The position numbers and the translations under genes are program-made. 64,000 bases of DNA from Hymenobacteraceae bacterium. Its GTDB lineage: Bacteria; Bacteroidota; Bacteroidia; Cytophagales; Hymenobacteraceae. Position 1 is the stretch's first letter; every line of letters starts with the position of its first letter. The notes under the pieces are model-generated. The model was not told where the DNA came from. It worked only from the letters and a program-made list of their open reading frames with translations, and ran no database searches. Shown here one piece after another: positions 18,396 to 28,700 of this stretch. The stretch covers positions 3,153-67,152 of the forward strand of contig JANPLI010000211.1 in assembly GCA_031426455.1 (NCBI GenBank), given 5' to 3'.

Positions 18396-20024
18396 TCAGG
18401 CTTTTTTCTCCTCGCGTTCCGGCCCGGTGCCCGTAGCTGGTGCGGCAACGGCCGGCGGCGCCGCAGCCTTCGGCTTTGATGCTGCGGGCTTACGCGCCGA
18501 CTTTTTCTCCACTTCGGGCGCGGGCTTGAAAGTGGGCGTGATCCAGTGGTGGCCGTCGCGGGCGATGAGCGCATCGGCGTCGGACGGTCCCCAGGCGTCG
18601 GCGGCGTAGTTGGGGAAGTCCGGCGCGGGCGCCGCGTTCCAGGCGTCGATGATGGGCATCAGCACTTCCCAGGCGGCTTCCACCTGGTCGGCGCGCATAA
18701 AGAGCATCGGGTCGCCGCGCAGTGCGTCGAGCAGCAGGGTTTCGTAGGCTTCGGGCGGCTCGCCGACGTAGGCGTCGCGGTAGTCGAACTCCAGGTCCAC
18801 CGGGTTGAGGTACATCTTCAGGCCTGGTTGCTTGGACTGAACCCGGAGCCGGATGGCCGATGATGGATATATGCTGAAAGTGAGTTGATTAGGGTGCGCA
18901 TTTTCGGCTGCCTGCGCCGCAAACAGCCGGTGCGGCACGGGCTTGAACTGCACCGTGATGGTACTCACCTTTTCCGGCATCCGCTTGCCGGTCCGGATGT
19001 AGAACGGCACACCCTGCCAGCGCCAGTTGTCGATGAAGAGTTGAATGGCGGCGTAGGTTTCGGTGCGCGACTTATCCACCACGCGCGGTTCCTGGCGGTA
19101 GCCGATCACCGGCTGGCCCTTCATCCAGCCCGGCCCGTACTGGCCGCGCACGGCCACCTGGCTCACTTCGTCGGGCCGGAACTTGCGAATGGCGCGCAGC
19201 ACGTCCACTTTGCGGCCCCGGATTTCTTCGGACTGATACGCGTTCGGCGCCTCCATACACACCATACACAGTAGCTGCAGGAGGTGATTCTGAATCATAT
19301 CACGCAGTGCGCCAGCCGTTTCGTAGTAGCCCGCGCGGCCCTCGACGCCGACTTCTTCAGCTACCGTGATCTGGATGTGGTCGATGTAGTTGCGGTTCCA
19401 GATCGGCTCGAACAGGGCGTTGGCAAACCGGAAGGCCAGGATGTTCTGCACCGTCTCCTTGCCGAGGTAATGGTCGATGCGGTAGATCTGGCGCTCCTCG
19501 AACACCCGCCGCAGCAAATGATTGAGCGCCTTGGCCGACTCCAGGTCGTGGCCGAAGGGCTTTTCGACCACGATCCGCGCCCCTGGAAATTCCTTCACCA
19601 GCCCGGCCTCGTCGAGCGAATCGACGATCTTGCCGATCAGCGACGGCGAAACTGAGAGGTAAAACAGCAGGTTCGGCTGGGCCAGGCCCCAGTCCTTGCC
19701 GAGCTTTTCGATCACGCGTTTTAGCCGGCCGTAGCCTTTGGGATCGCCAAGTTCGGAGGTTAGGAACTGTAGTTTCGGACCAAATTCAGCCCATTGCGCG
19801 GGGTCGGCCTTGCCCTGGCGCGAGAATTTATCGACGCCGGTCAGCATCTTGCCCTGAAACGCGGTGTCCGACTCGGCGCCACGCCCCATTCCGATGATGG
19901 CCGTTTGGGGCGGCAGATAGCCGTCGAGGTGCAGGTTCCAGAGCGCCGGCACGAGCTTGCGCCAGGTCAGGTCACCGTTGGCGCCGAAGATGACGATGAC
20001 AGTGGGTTGGACAGAGGTAGGCAT
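18396..20024 (-). CDS. zwf: Glucose-6-phosphate 1-dehydrogenase with a ~45-aa Lys/Ala/Pro-rich C-terminal tail
   Basis: IFGANGDLTWRKL (NADP site), RIDHYLGKE (active-site motif) and DYRDAY. Confidence 0.95.
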   Translation of the reverse strand: MPTSVQPTVIVIFGANGDLTWRKLVPALWNLHLDGYLPPQTAIIGMGRGAESDTAFQGKMLTGVDKFSRQGKADPAQWAEFGPKLQFLTSELGDPKGYGRLKRVIEKLGKDWGLAQPNLLFYLSVSPSLIGKIVDSLDEAGLVKEFPGARIVVEKPFGHDLESAKALNHLLRRVFEERQIYRIDHYLGKETVQNILAFRFANALFEPIWNRNYIDHIQITVAEEVGVEGRAGYYETAGALRDMIQNHLLQLLCMVCMEAPNAYQSEEIRGRKVDVLRAIRKFRPDEVSQVAVRGQYGPGWMKGQPVIGYRQEPRVVDKSRTETYAAIQLFIDNWRWQGVPFYIRTGKRMPEKVSTITVQFKPVPHRLFAAQAAENAHPNQLTFSIYPSSAIRLRVQSKQPGLKMYLNPVDLEFDYRDAYVGEPPEAYETLLLDALRGDPMLFMRADQVEAAWEVLMPIIDAWNAAPAPDFPNYAADAWGPSDADALIARDGHHWITPTFKPAPEVEKKSARKPAASKPKAAAPPAVAAPATGTGPEREEKKA

Positions 20025-20029
20025 TGGTA

Positions 20030-20150
20030 GCGAGGGGCTTTGCCCCGAAGCGAGCGAGCCGCAAAGCGGCCAGCGGATTAAGTGAAATGACCGACTGGAG
20101 ATGATTCACCGCCTCGCCTCGCGGCTGGGCGGCTGCGGGGCGGAGCCCCT
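20030..20150. repeat. Imperfect long-range inverted repeat between gnd stop and zwf start
   Basis: aggggctttgccccg (20033-20047) pairs with cggggcggagcccct (20135-20149). Nested GC-rich arms gcgagcgagccgc / ccgcctcgcctcgcgg. Confidence 0.5.
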
Positions 20151-20152
20151 GG

Positions 20153-21661
20153 CTACACAGGCCCCGTCTTTTCGTCGCCTGGCTTTTTCTCCTGCCCCGT
20201 ACCGGAGCCTTGCGCCGTCGAGACTTCGCTCCACATCGTGTGGAACGTGCCTTCAGCGTCGGTGCGCTCATAGGTGTGGGCGCCGAAGTAGTCGCGTTGC
20301 GCCTGGGTAAGGTTGGCAGGAAGCCGGGCGGTGCGGTATGAGTCGAAGTACGCCAGCGAGTTCAGCAGGGTAGGCGCCGGAATGCCAAGGGCAATAAAGG
20401 TCTGCGCCACCAGCCGCAGCTCATCCTGCCGCGCCGTCACGTGCCCGCCAATGACGGAATCAACCAGCAGATTCGGCAGCGCGGGGTTCCGCTCATAAGC
20501 ATCTGTAATCTCTTCCAGCAGCGCCGCCCGAATGATGCAGCCCGCGCGCCAGGTGCGCGCCACCGTGCCCAGGTCGGTGCCGTATTTGTACTCGGTGGCG
20601 GCCACGCGCAGCAGGTCCAGGCCCTGCGCGTAAGTCACCACCAGGGCGCAATAGAGCGCCTGCGGCAAGGCCGCCAGCAGCGCGGCACGGTCGCCGGTGA
20701 AGGTGACGTTCGGGCCGGGCAGCAGCGCGGCGGCGGCGCGGCGTTCGCTGTCGCGGGCCGAAATGTCGCGCGCGGCCACGGCGGCGTCGATGGTGAAGAC
20801 GGGTACTGCGAGGTCCATCGCGGCCTGGCTCGTCCACTTGCCGGTGCCTTTCGAGCGGGCGCGGTCGCGGATCACGTCCACCAGCGCGCGGGTGGGGTCG
20901 CGGTCGTCGGGCTGACGCAGCACGATGGCCGTGATCTGCACCAGAAACGACTGTAACTCCGGCGTTTGGTCCCAGGCCTCGAACAGCGCCGCGATTTCCG
21001 CGTTGGCCATTCCCAGGCCGCGCCGGAGCAGGTCGTAGGTTTCGGCCAGCAGCTGCATCACGCCGTACTCGATGCCGTTGTGGGCCATTTTCACGAAGTG
21101 CCCCGCCGAGCCGGCGCCCATATAGGCCACGCAGGGCTGGCCATCGGGCGCTTTAGCGGCCACGGCTTCCAGAATCGGCCGCAGCACCTCGTAGGCGGCG
21201 GGGTCGCCGCCGGGCATCATCGCGGGGCCGAAGCGGGCGCCCAGTTCGCCGCCGCTCACGCCCATTCCGAAAAAGCGTAAGCCTTTCTCGGCGAGGGCTT
21301 TCACGCGGCGGTCGGTATCCAGATAGTGCGAGTTGCCGCCGTCGATAATGATGTCAGCGGCTTCCAGATGCGGCAGCAGGTCGGCGATCACGGCATCCAC
21401 CGCGCCCCCGGCCGGCACCAGCATCATCACCCGGCGCGGGGTTTTGAGCGAAGCGATGAACTGGGCCAGGTCGGTGGTGCCCTGCACGTTGCGGGGCTGG
21501 CCGGTCACCTTCGAGACGCCATCCGCGGCTTCGTGGTGGAGTACGTCCACTTTGTTGGCGTCTTTATCGAGGCCCGCCACCGAGAAGCCGTGGTCGGCGA
21601 TATTGAGTACCAGGTTGCGGCCCATCGTGCCGAGACCGATCATTCCAAAGTCAAATGTCAT
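20153..21661 (-). CDS. gnd: 6-phosphogluconate dehydrogenase (decarboxylating)
   Basis: GMIGLGTMGRNLVLN, GMGVSGGE, HFVKMAHNGIEY and QAQRDYFGAHTYER. Confidence 0.95.
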   Translation of the reverse strand: MTFDFGMIGLGTMGRNLVLNIADHGFSVAGLDKDANKVDVLHHEAADGVSKVTGQPRNVQGTTDLAQFIASLKTPRRVMMLVPAGGAVDAVIADLLPHLEAADIIIDGGNSHYLDTDRRVKALAEKGLRFFGMGVSGGELGARFGPAMMPGGDPAAYEVLRPILEAVAAKAPDGQPCVAYMGAGSAGHFVKMAHNGIEYGVMQLLAETYDLLRRGLGMANAEIAALFEAWDQTPELQSFLVQITAIVLRQPDDRDPTRALVDVIRDRARSKGTGKWTSQAAMDLAVPVFTIDAAVAARDISARDSERRAAAALLPGPNVTFTGDRAALLAALPQALYCALVVTYAQGLDLLRVAATEYKYGTDLGTVARTWRAGCIIRAALLEEITDAYERNPALPNLLVDSVIGGHVTARQDELRLVAQTFIALGIPAPTLLNSLAYFDSYRTARLPANLTQAQRDYFGAHTYERTDAEGTFHTMWSEVSTAQGSGTGQEKKPGDEKTGPV

Positions 21662-21730
21662 AGACCGCTGATGATGCTGATTGCGCCCAGGGCGCTGATT
21701 TTTTGGGGAAGTGTGGATGCCGGAGCGCTG

Positions 21731-22336
21731 CTACGTTAGCTGAAACGAACCGGCTAAAGTGGCTTGTATTTGCTCCAGCGACTCGTAGCGCAGCGACTGA
21801 AGGCCCAGCGCGGGCACTAATTCGGTAAACTCGGCGCGGTCATCGATGACCAGTACCTGATCGGCGGGCGTCTGACTCAGATTCAGCGCGAGGCGGTAGA
21901 GGCGCGGATCGGGCTTGCGCATTTCGGCGTAGCACGACGACACGGCCGCGTCGAATAACGCCCCGAAACCGAAAGTCGCCAACCGGTAATCGTTCAGCTC
22001 GCGGCCTTCGTTGTTGACGGCATATACTCTTAATCCGTGGCGGGCTCTCAGGGCCTGAAAAAACGCGATGTTATCGGGCCAGGGCGCACTTTGTTGCCGA
22101 ATGAAAGCCACAAAATCGGCTTCCGAAAACGAACGCGGCGCGTAGAAAACGGCGCCCCGCAGGTACTCGCTCAACGTCAGATGGCCAGTTTCGTACTGGT
22201 CGAAAATCCGTTTGTGGCGGGCATTGAAGGCATCGAAGTCCAGCCCAAACTGCGCGGCGGCCAACCGACGCGAAGCCGTATCCCAGCCGTTGGTGCCGAG
22301 GACGCCGCCAATGTCGAGAAAAAGGGTTTTGATCAC
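21731..22336 (-). CDS. HAD-superfamily hydrolase
   Basis: GTG start. LFLDIGGVL (DxG variant of motif I) and VLVIDDR (motif IV). Confidence 0.75.
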   Translation of the reverse strand: MIKTLFLDIGGVLGTNGWDTASRRLAAAQFGLDFDAFNARHKRIFDQYETGHLTLSEYLRGAVFYAPRSFSEADFVAFIRQQSAPWPDNIAFFQALRARHGLRVYAVNNEGRELNDYRLATFGFGALFDAAVSSCYAEMRKPDPRLYRLALNLSQTPADQVLVIDDRAEFTELVPALGLQSLRYESLEQIQATLAGSFQLT

Positions 22337-22357
22337 GGCTGATGCTTTTGGGGGTGA

Positions 22358-22878
22358 TTACAGCGCCGCAATTTCGGCTTCCGTCAGGCCAGTAGTTTGC
22401 GCAACGAGCGCCAGGGTAATACCGCCAGCTTTGAGGTTATGGGCTACCTGTTGAATATTTTCCTGTCGGCCTTCCTGAAGCCCTTCTTCCCGGCTCAGGG
22501 CAAACGCACGAAGGTATTCAGGAGAACAGGTGGAGTCGTTGGTTGGGGAAGGCATCGGTGTCGTCACGCCCTTTTTCGGGTTGTTGGGACGCGGATGAAC
22601 GCGGATTTAGGCGGATTAGCTAGTCCGTATCTTTTAATCCGCGTTCCTCCGCGTCCTTTTTGTCGCCATTCTGGACTTCCGGAAACGTTTATGCGGCTGC
22701 GACTGCTCAGAGGAGCTTCGTGCGTTTGCCCTGTTCCCCGCTCGTCTCAGTTGCGAATCTGGTCGTGTGGCGGTAGCAGGGCGTTCAGAAAATCGAGTAG
22801 AACCGGCTTGTTAGCCTCTTCGCCGAAGATTTTCTTGAAGCCAAAATCCGTGAACGGGTTGACGTAACGGGGCATCAT
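22358..22878 (-). pseudogene. Remnant of an Rpn/YhgA-like PD-(D/E)XK nuclease-family putative transposase (N- and C-terminal fragments only, interrupted by MITE copy B)
   Basis: My minus-strand translation from ATG 22878 is MMPRYVNPFTDFGFKKIFGEEANKPVLLDFLNALLPPHDQIRN* (stop 22747-22749), a typical Rpn N-terminus. The C-terminal piece in another frame (22358-22495) is SREEGLQEGRQENIQQVAHNLKAGGITLALVAQTTGLTEAEIAAL. The ~200-aa nuclease core is missing. Confidence 0.6.
22496..22733. mobile_element. MITE-like non-autonomous element, copy B (238 bp)
   Basis: Perfect 18-bp terminal inverted repeats CAGGGCAAACGCACGAAG / CTTCGTGCGTTTGCCCTG. Flanking 9-mers are TTCCCGGCT (22487-22495) and TTCCCCGCT (22734-22742), matching at 8/9. 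Central hairpin ggacgcggatgaacgcggatt...aatccgcgttcctccgcgtcc. Confidence 0.7.
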
Positions 22879-22956
22879 CGCGCGGAAGAAAAAGAAGGGA
22901 CAGCGTTTTCCCTGCCAGCCGACACCAAGCGACTGGCAGGGGCGAAGGCGCCATCC

Positions 22957-24063
22957 CTACGCTGCCAGCTTGGTCGCCAGGGCGGCGTAGAGCTTCTTGA
23001 AGGGTTGCACGAACTTGTCGATGCCCTCGGTTTCGAGGTCGGTCGTGATCTTGTGCAGATCGATGCCGAGGGCGGCCAGGGCGTCGAGCTTACGTTGAGC
23101 ATCGGCCAGACCTTCGGTCAGGCGGGCGGCGGGCTGGCCGTGGTCGCGGTAAGCAATCAGCGTTTCGAGCGGAATCGTGTTCACCGTGTCCGGGCCGATC
23201 AGCGCCTCCACGTACTTCACGTCCGAGTACGCTTTGTTCTTCGTGCCGGTGCTGGCCCACAGCAGGCGCTGCTTCTGAGCACCTTGGGCTTCCAGCTTTT
23301 TGAAGCGTTCCGACGAAAAGACTTCCTGCCAGATCACGTAAGCCTGCTGCGCCGAGGCGATGGCAATCTCGCCGACCAGCGCCTGCGCCTGCGCGGCTTT
23401 CTCGCCGCCTTCGGCAATGATTTTTTCCAGCAACGGGTCCACTGCCAGATCAATCCGGCTCAGGAAAAAGCTCGCTACGGACGAGATATGCCCGATTTTA
23501 TGGCCCGCCGCCAGGTGCGCTTCCAGGCCGCTGAGGTAGGCGTCGGTCACGGCGCGGTAGCGGTCGAGGCTGAAAAGCAACGTCACGTTGATGTTGATAC
23601 CTTCGCTCAGGGCCGTCTGGATGGCTTTCAGGCCCGGCTCGGTGCCCGGAATCTTGACGTACACATTCGGCTGGTCGAGCTGCTTCCAAAGCTGGCGCGC
23701 CTCCGTGATGGTGGCGTCGGCGTCGAGGGCCGAGTGCGGTGACACTTCGAGGCTCACGAAGCCGTCGCGGCCGTGCGTCTGGTCGTAGATCGGGCGCAGG
23801 AGCTTGGCCGCATCGAGGATATCCTTCGTGACGAGCGCCAGGTAGGCATCGTCCACGGACTTGCCGGCGTGCGCTTTCAGGTCGGCCTCGTAGAAGTCGC
23901 CTTCCAGAATCGACTTCTCGAAAATGGCGGGGTTAGAAGTCACGCTCGTCACGGCGTCTTCCGTAATCATCCGTTGCAGGTCGCCGGACTGGAGCAGGTT
24001 GCGGCCAAGCAGATCAAGCGAAATGCTCTGGCCAAAGGTGGTGAGTTGTTGGAGGGGATTCAT
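22957..24063 (-). CDS. tal: Transaldolase (long, ~368-aa type)
   Basis: ATG at 24063 (MNPLQQLTTFGQSISLDLLGRNLL). GFVSLEVSP, VKIPGT (Schiff-base Lys context) and INVTLLFS. Confidence 0.9.
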   Translation of the reverse strand: MNPLQQLTTFGQSISLDLLGRNLLQSGDLQRMITEDAVTSVTSNPAIFEKSILEGDFYEADLKAHAGKSVDDAYLALVTKDILDAAKLLRPIYDQTHGRDGFVSLEVSPHSALDADATITEARQLWKQLDQPNVYVKIPGTEPGLKAIQTALSEGININVTLLFSLDRYRAVTDAYLSGLEAHLAAGHKIGHISSVASFFLSRIDLAVDPLLEKIIAEGGEKAAQAQALVGEIAIASAQQAYVIWQEVFSSERFKKLEAQGAQKQRLLWASTGTKNKAYSDVKYVEALIGPDTVNTIPLETLIAYRDHGQPAARLTEGLADAQRKLDALAALGIDLHKITTDLETEGIDKFVQPFKKLYAALATKLAA

Positions 24064-24109
24064 TTTGGGTGTGCTAATGCGGAAATGGGTTGATGGGCTA
24101 ATTCGGAGT

Positions 24110-24494
24110 TCAGACGGGTGCGGTGTGTTGGCGAAGCCATTCGGTGATTCCCTCGTGTCGCAGCTCACCGCTGGCTACAGCAACGACCATTTGATGGCGT
24201 GAATCGTTGTCGGTTTCAGGCGTCAACTGGTAGCCCATTTCTTCCAGCAAGTAGAGCGCAAGGACTAATGCAATGCGCTTATTACCGTCGACAAAAGGGT
24301 GATTGACTGCCAGTGACTCAAGTAGCGCCGCTGCTTTAGCGAATGGTGTAGGGTAAGCCTCTGTGTTCACCGAAACCTGCCTCAGGTCGAGCCAGCGCCG
24401 CTTCGAGGGCACCGCGGTCTCGTAGGCCGGTGGCGCCTCCGTAACGGGCGATTTGCAGCGCGTGCGTACTGATAGCGTGGGCGACAGAAATCAT
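24110..24494 (-). pseudogene. doc: Doc/Fic-family type II toxin, apparently frameshifted
   Basis: The frame from ATG 24494 reads MISVAHAISTHALQIARYGGATGLRDRGALEAALARPEAGFGEH and soon hits a stop. The track ORF (24110..24412) continues in another frame with EAYPTPFAKAAALLESLAVNHPFVDGNKRIAL, the Fic/Doc HxFxDGNKR motif. The join lies near 24365-24375. Confidence 0.6.
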
Positions 24495-24691
24495 TGGGCA
24501 AGGCGGCGGAGCACCTCGTCGTTGTCACGCATAATGCGGCCAACGCGGGCCCAATCGAAGTCGGCTTCACCGCCGGTTTCTTGGGTAGCGCGATACATTT
24601 CTCGGAGAAAATCTAACACGCTGCTCAGTTGAGTGGGCGGAATTTTGGCGATCAGCTCTTGAATCTCAGTTTGTTGGTCGGTTGCGCTCAT
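24491..24691 (-). CDS. Putative antitoxin partner of Doc
   Basis: 66 aa from ATG 24691 (MSATDQQTEIQELIAKIPPTQLSSVLDFLREMY...). Its TGA overlaps the doc ATG (ATGA at 24491-24494). Confidence 0.5.
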   Translation of the reverse strand: MSATDQQTEIQELIAKIPPTQLSSVLDFLREMYRATQETGGEADFDWARVGRIMRDNDEVLRRLAQ

Positions 24692-24722
24692 TGTCGTGTC
24701 GTTTTTGATTCGGTAAAGCCTC

Positions 24723-26735
<2,013 letters not shown>

Positions 26736-26922
26736 CAGGGGAAGGGGCAATACGTGAAAACGATGTTGGCGGGGCGAAGGTAGGCGGCGGCGGCGAAGCT
26801 AGGAAGTGTCGGCCGTCAGAAGGCGTGTACGGGCGCAACGCCGGATAAGCCAACCGAAGTCGAGCCGCCGCCTACCTTCGCCGCCTTCTGCGCTGATAAT
26901 CTTTTGACTTGCTTCTGTACGG

Positions 26923-27792
26923 ATGCAACAGGTTTTAATTCTGGGCGGCACCACCTTCGACCATATCGTGTCGCTGCCCGTGCTGCCGCCGCCGGTGCCG
27001 CAAACCATTCATCAGGCGCCGCTGCACGAGGGCACCGGCTCGACGGGCGCCGGCAAAGCCCTCGCCCTGACGAAGCTTGGCGTGCCCAACACGCTGGTTT
27101 CTGCCGTCGGCGATGACGCCTACGGGCATCATATCATCAACGACTTAGCCGCGCAGGGCATTGACCTGCGCTACCGCTTCGACCCGGCCGGTACCGAGCG
27201 CCATATCAACCTGATGGATGCGCAGGGGGGGCGAATCTCGCTTTTCGTCACGCAGTCATCGGAAGAAATCGCTTTCGAGGAAGCCGCGCTGATGGGGCTG
27301 ATCCAGGCTGCTGACTTCATCGTGCTCAATATCATTCCGTATTGCCGCCCCCTGATTCCGCTGCTGGCCGGTTACGAAGGGCCCATTTGGACGGACCTGC
27401 ACGACTACGACGGCATCAACCCCTATCATCAGCCCTTTATCAACGCGGCGCAGTTCATCCATCTTTCTTCTGACAACCTGCCCGACTACCGCACGACGAT
27501 GGAACGCCTGCGTAGTGCCGGCAAGGAGCTGATTATCTGCACCCACGGCCGCGCCGGCGCTACGCTGCTAACGGCCGCCGGCGAGTGGCTGGAGCAGCCC
27601 GCTTTTCCGGTAGCACAAGTGGTGGATGCCAACGGCGCCGGCGATTCTTTTTTCGCGGGTTTTTTATACGGCTGGCTGCGCCAGGAGCCGCTAGCCACGT
27701 GCCTGCACTACGGCGCCGTGTGCGGGGCTGCCTGCGTAACGACGCGCGGCCTGGTGGCGGACGGGCTGAGTCCGGCGCTGCTGCGGGCGTGA
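26923..27792 (+). CDS. PfkB-family carbohydrate kinase
   Basis: 289 aa. GAGKALALTKLG and the C-terminal motif DANGAGDSFFAGFLYG. Confidence 0.8.
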   Translation: MQQVLILGGTTFDHIVSLPVLPPPVPQTIHQAPLHEGTGSTGAGKALALTKLGVPNTLVSAVGDDAYGHHIINDLAAQGIDLRYRFDPAGTERHINLMDAQGGRISLFVTQSSEEIAFEEAALMGLIQAADFIVLNIIPYCRPLIPLLAGYEGPIWTDLHDYDGINPYHQPFINAAQFIHLSSDNLPDYRTTMERLRSAGKELIICTHGRAGATLLTAAGEWLEQPAFPVAQVVDANGAGDSFFAGFLYGWLRQEPLATCLHYGAVCGAACVTTRGLVADGLSPALLRA

Positions 27793-27802
27793 TTATGCCG
27801 GC

Positions 27803-28579
27803 TCACGCCCTCCGCCGAAATGCCCAGTGCTGCTCGTGGATGGGCGCCGTGCGCAGGGCCTCGGCCAGGGCGGCATCGACGGGGAAGGTGAGCTGGGAAA
27901 GCGGGCTGACTTCGACGCCTACCGTGAACGCTGCCCCGGCAAACGGCCAGGGTTCGACCATCACCGGAACCGGCGCATCGGGGTCAGCGGTCAGGGCGCC
28001 GCCCGCGCCCGTGCCGGGCCGTCGGACGTAGTATGTCTGCCCATCCGGTCCGCGCCCGATTTCGAGGCGGCGCTCGTCGTCGGGCAGTTGCTGCATACAG
28101 AGAATGAGCGAGAGGCGGTCGGCCCACTGCATCAGGTCGTAGGCGGCTTGTGCTTCTTTTTTGCTCAGCTTCAAGCCCTTGCGGCAGGCCTCCTGGGTGG
28201 CGCGCTGCTCGTCGAGAAAGGCATCGGTTTGGGTGTCCTGGCCGCGCAGGGCCTCGTACAGGTTCGAGAGATGGAGCGACATCAGCAGCCACCGCCAGCG
28301 CCCCTGGTAACGCGCCTGTTCAGCCACCCGGGTGGCTTGTTCGAGCGAAAACGGCAGCAGCGTAAAGGGTGCCGGGGCACCGGCTTCGGTTAGCCCGCGG
28401 GGGCCGGCCCAGGCATCCTGGCCATCGTCGTGCTGGGCAATGGCGGCCAGCGTGCCGAGCCAGCGCTCCGGCACGGGCCGGTGCGCGGGGTGCCAGTGCG
28501 CGGCCAGCTCAGCGGCCAGCAGCGCGTGCGCCTGCTGGTAGATGCACGACCAGCCGGCGGCGGTGAAGGAGACGATCAT
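27803..28579 (-). CDS. Hypothetical protein, DUF3891-like
   Basis: 258 aa. N-terminus MIVSF...IYQQAHALLAAELAAHW...IAQHDDGQ. The family call is from memory only. Confidence 0.45.
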   Translation of the reverse strand: MIVSFTAAGWSCIYQQAHALLAAELAAHWHPAHRPVPERWLGTLAAIAQHDDGQDAWAGPRGLTEAGAPAPFTLLPFSLEQATRVAEQARYQGRWRWLLMSLHLSNLYEALRGQDTQTDAFLDEQRATQEACRKGLKLSKKEAQAAYDLMQWADRLSLILCMQQLPDDERRLEIGRGPDGQTYYVRRPGTGAGGALTADPDAPVPVMVEPWPFAGAAFTVGVEVSPLSQLTFPVDAALAEALRTAPIHEQHWAFRRRA

Positions 28580-28583
28580 TCAG

Positions 28584-28700
28584 GAGGGTGGGAGAGGGGG
28601 AGAGGGTGCTACGTGAGAAGTGCGGGCGTGTTCGCGGCAAGCCCTCCCACCCTCAAACCCTCCCACCTTCAAACCTTCAAATCCTCAAACCCTCTCACCC
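28584..28700. repeat. Imperfect hairpin with low-complexity arms (GAGGGTGGGAGAGGG / CCCTCCCACCCTCAAACC repeats)
   Basis: Left arm gagggtgggagagggggagagggtg. The right arm has several CCCTC(A/C)AACC units and reaches the stop codon of the dehydrogenase gene. Confidence 0.7.

Noticed and set aside
24360-24380. Programmed ribosomal frameshift in doc
   Set aside because: No slippery heptamer or downstream structure is evident. A simple indel (pseudogene or sequencing error) is more parsimonious.
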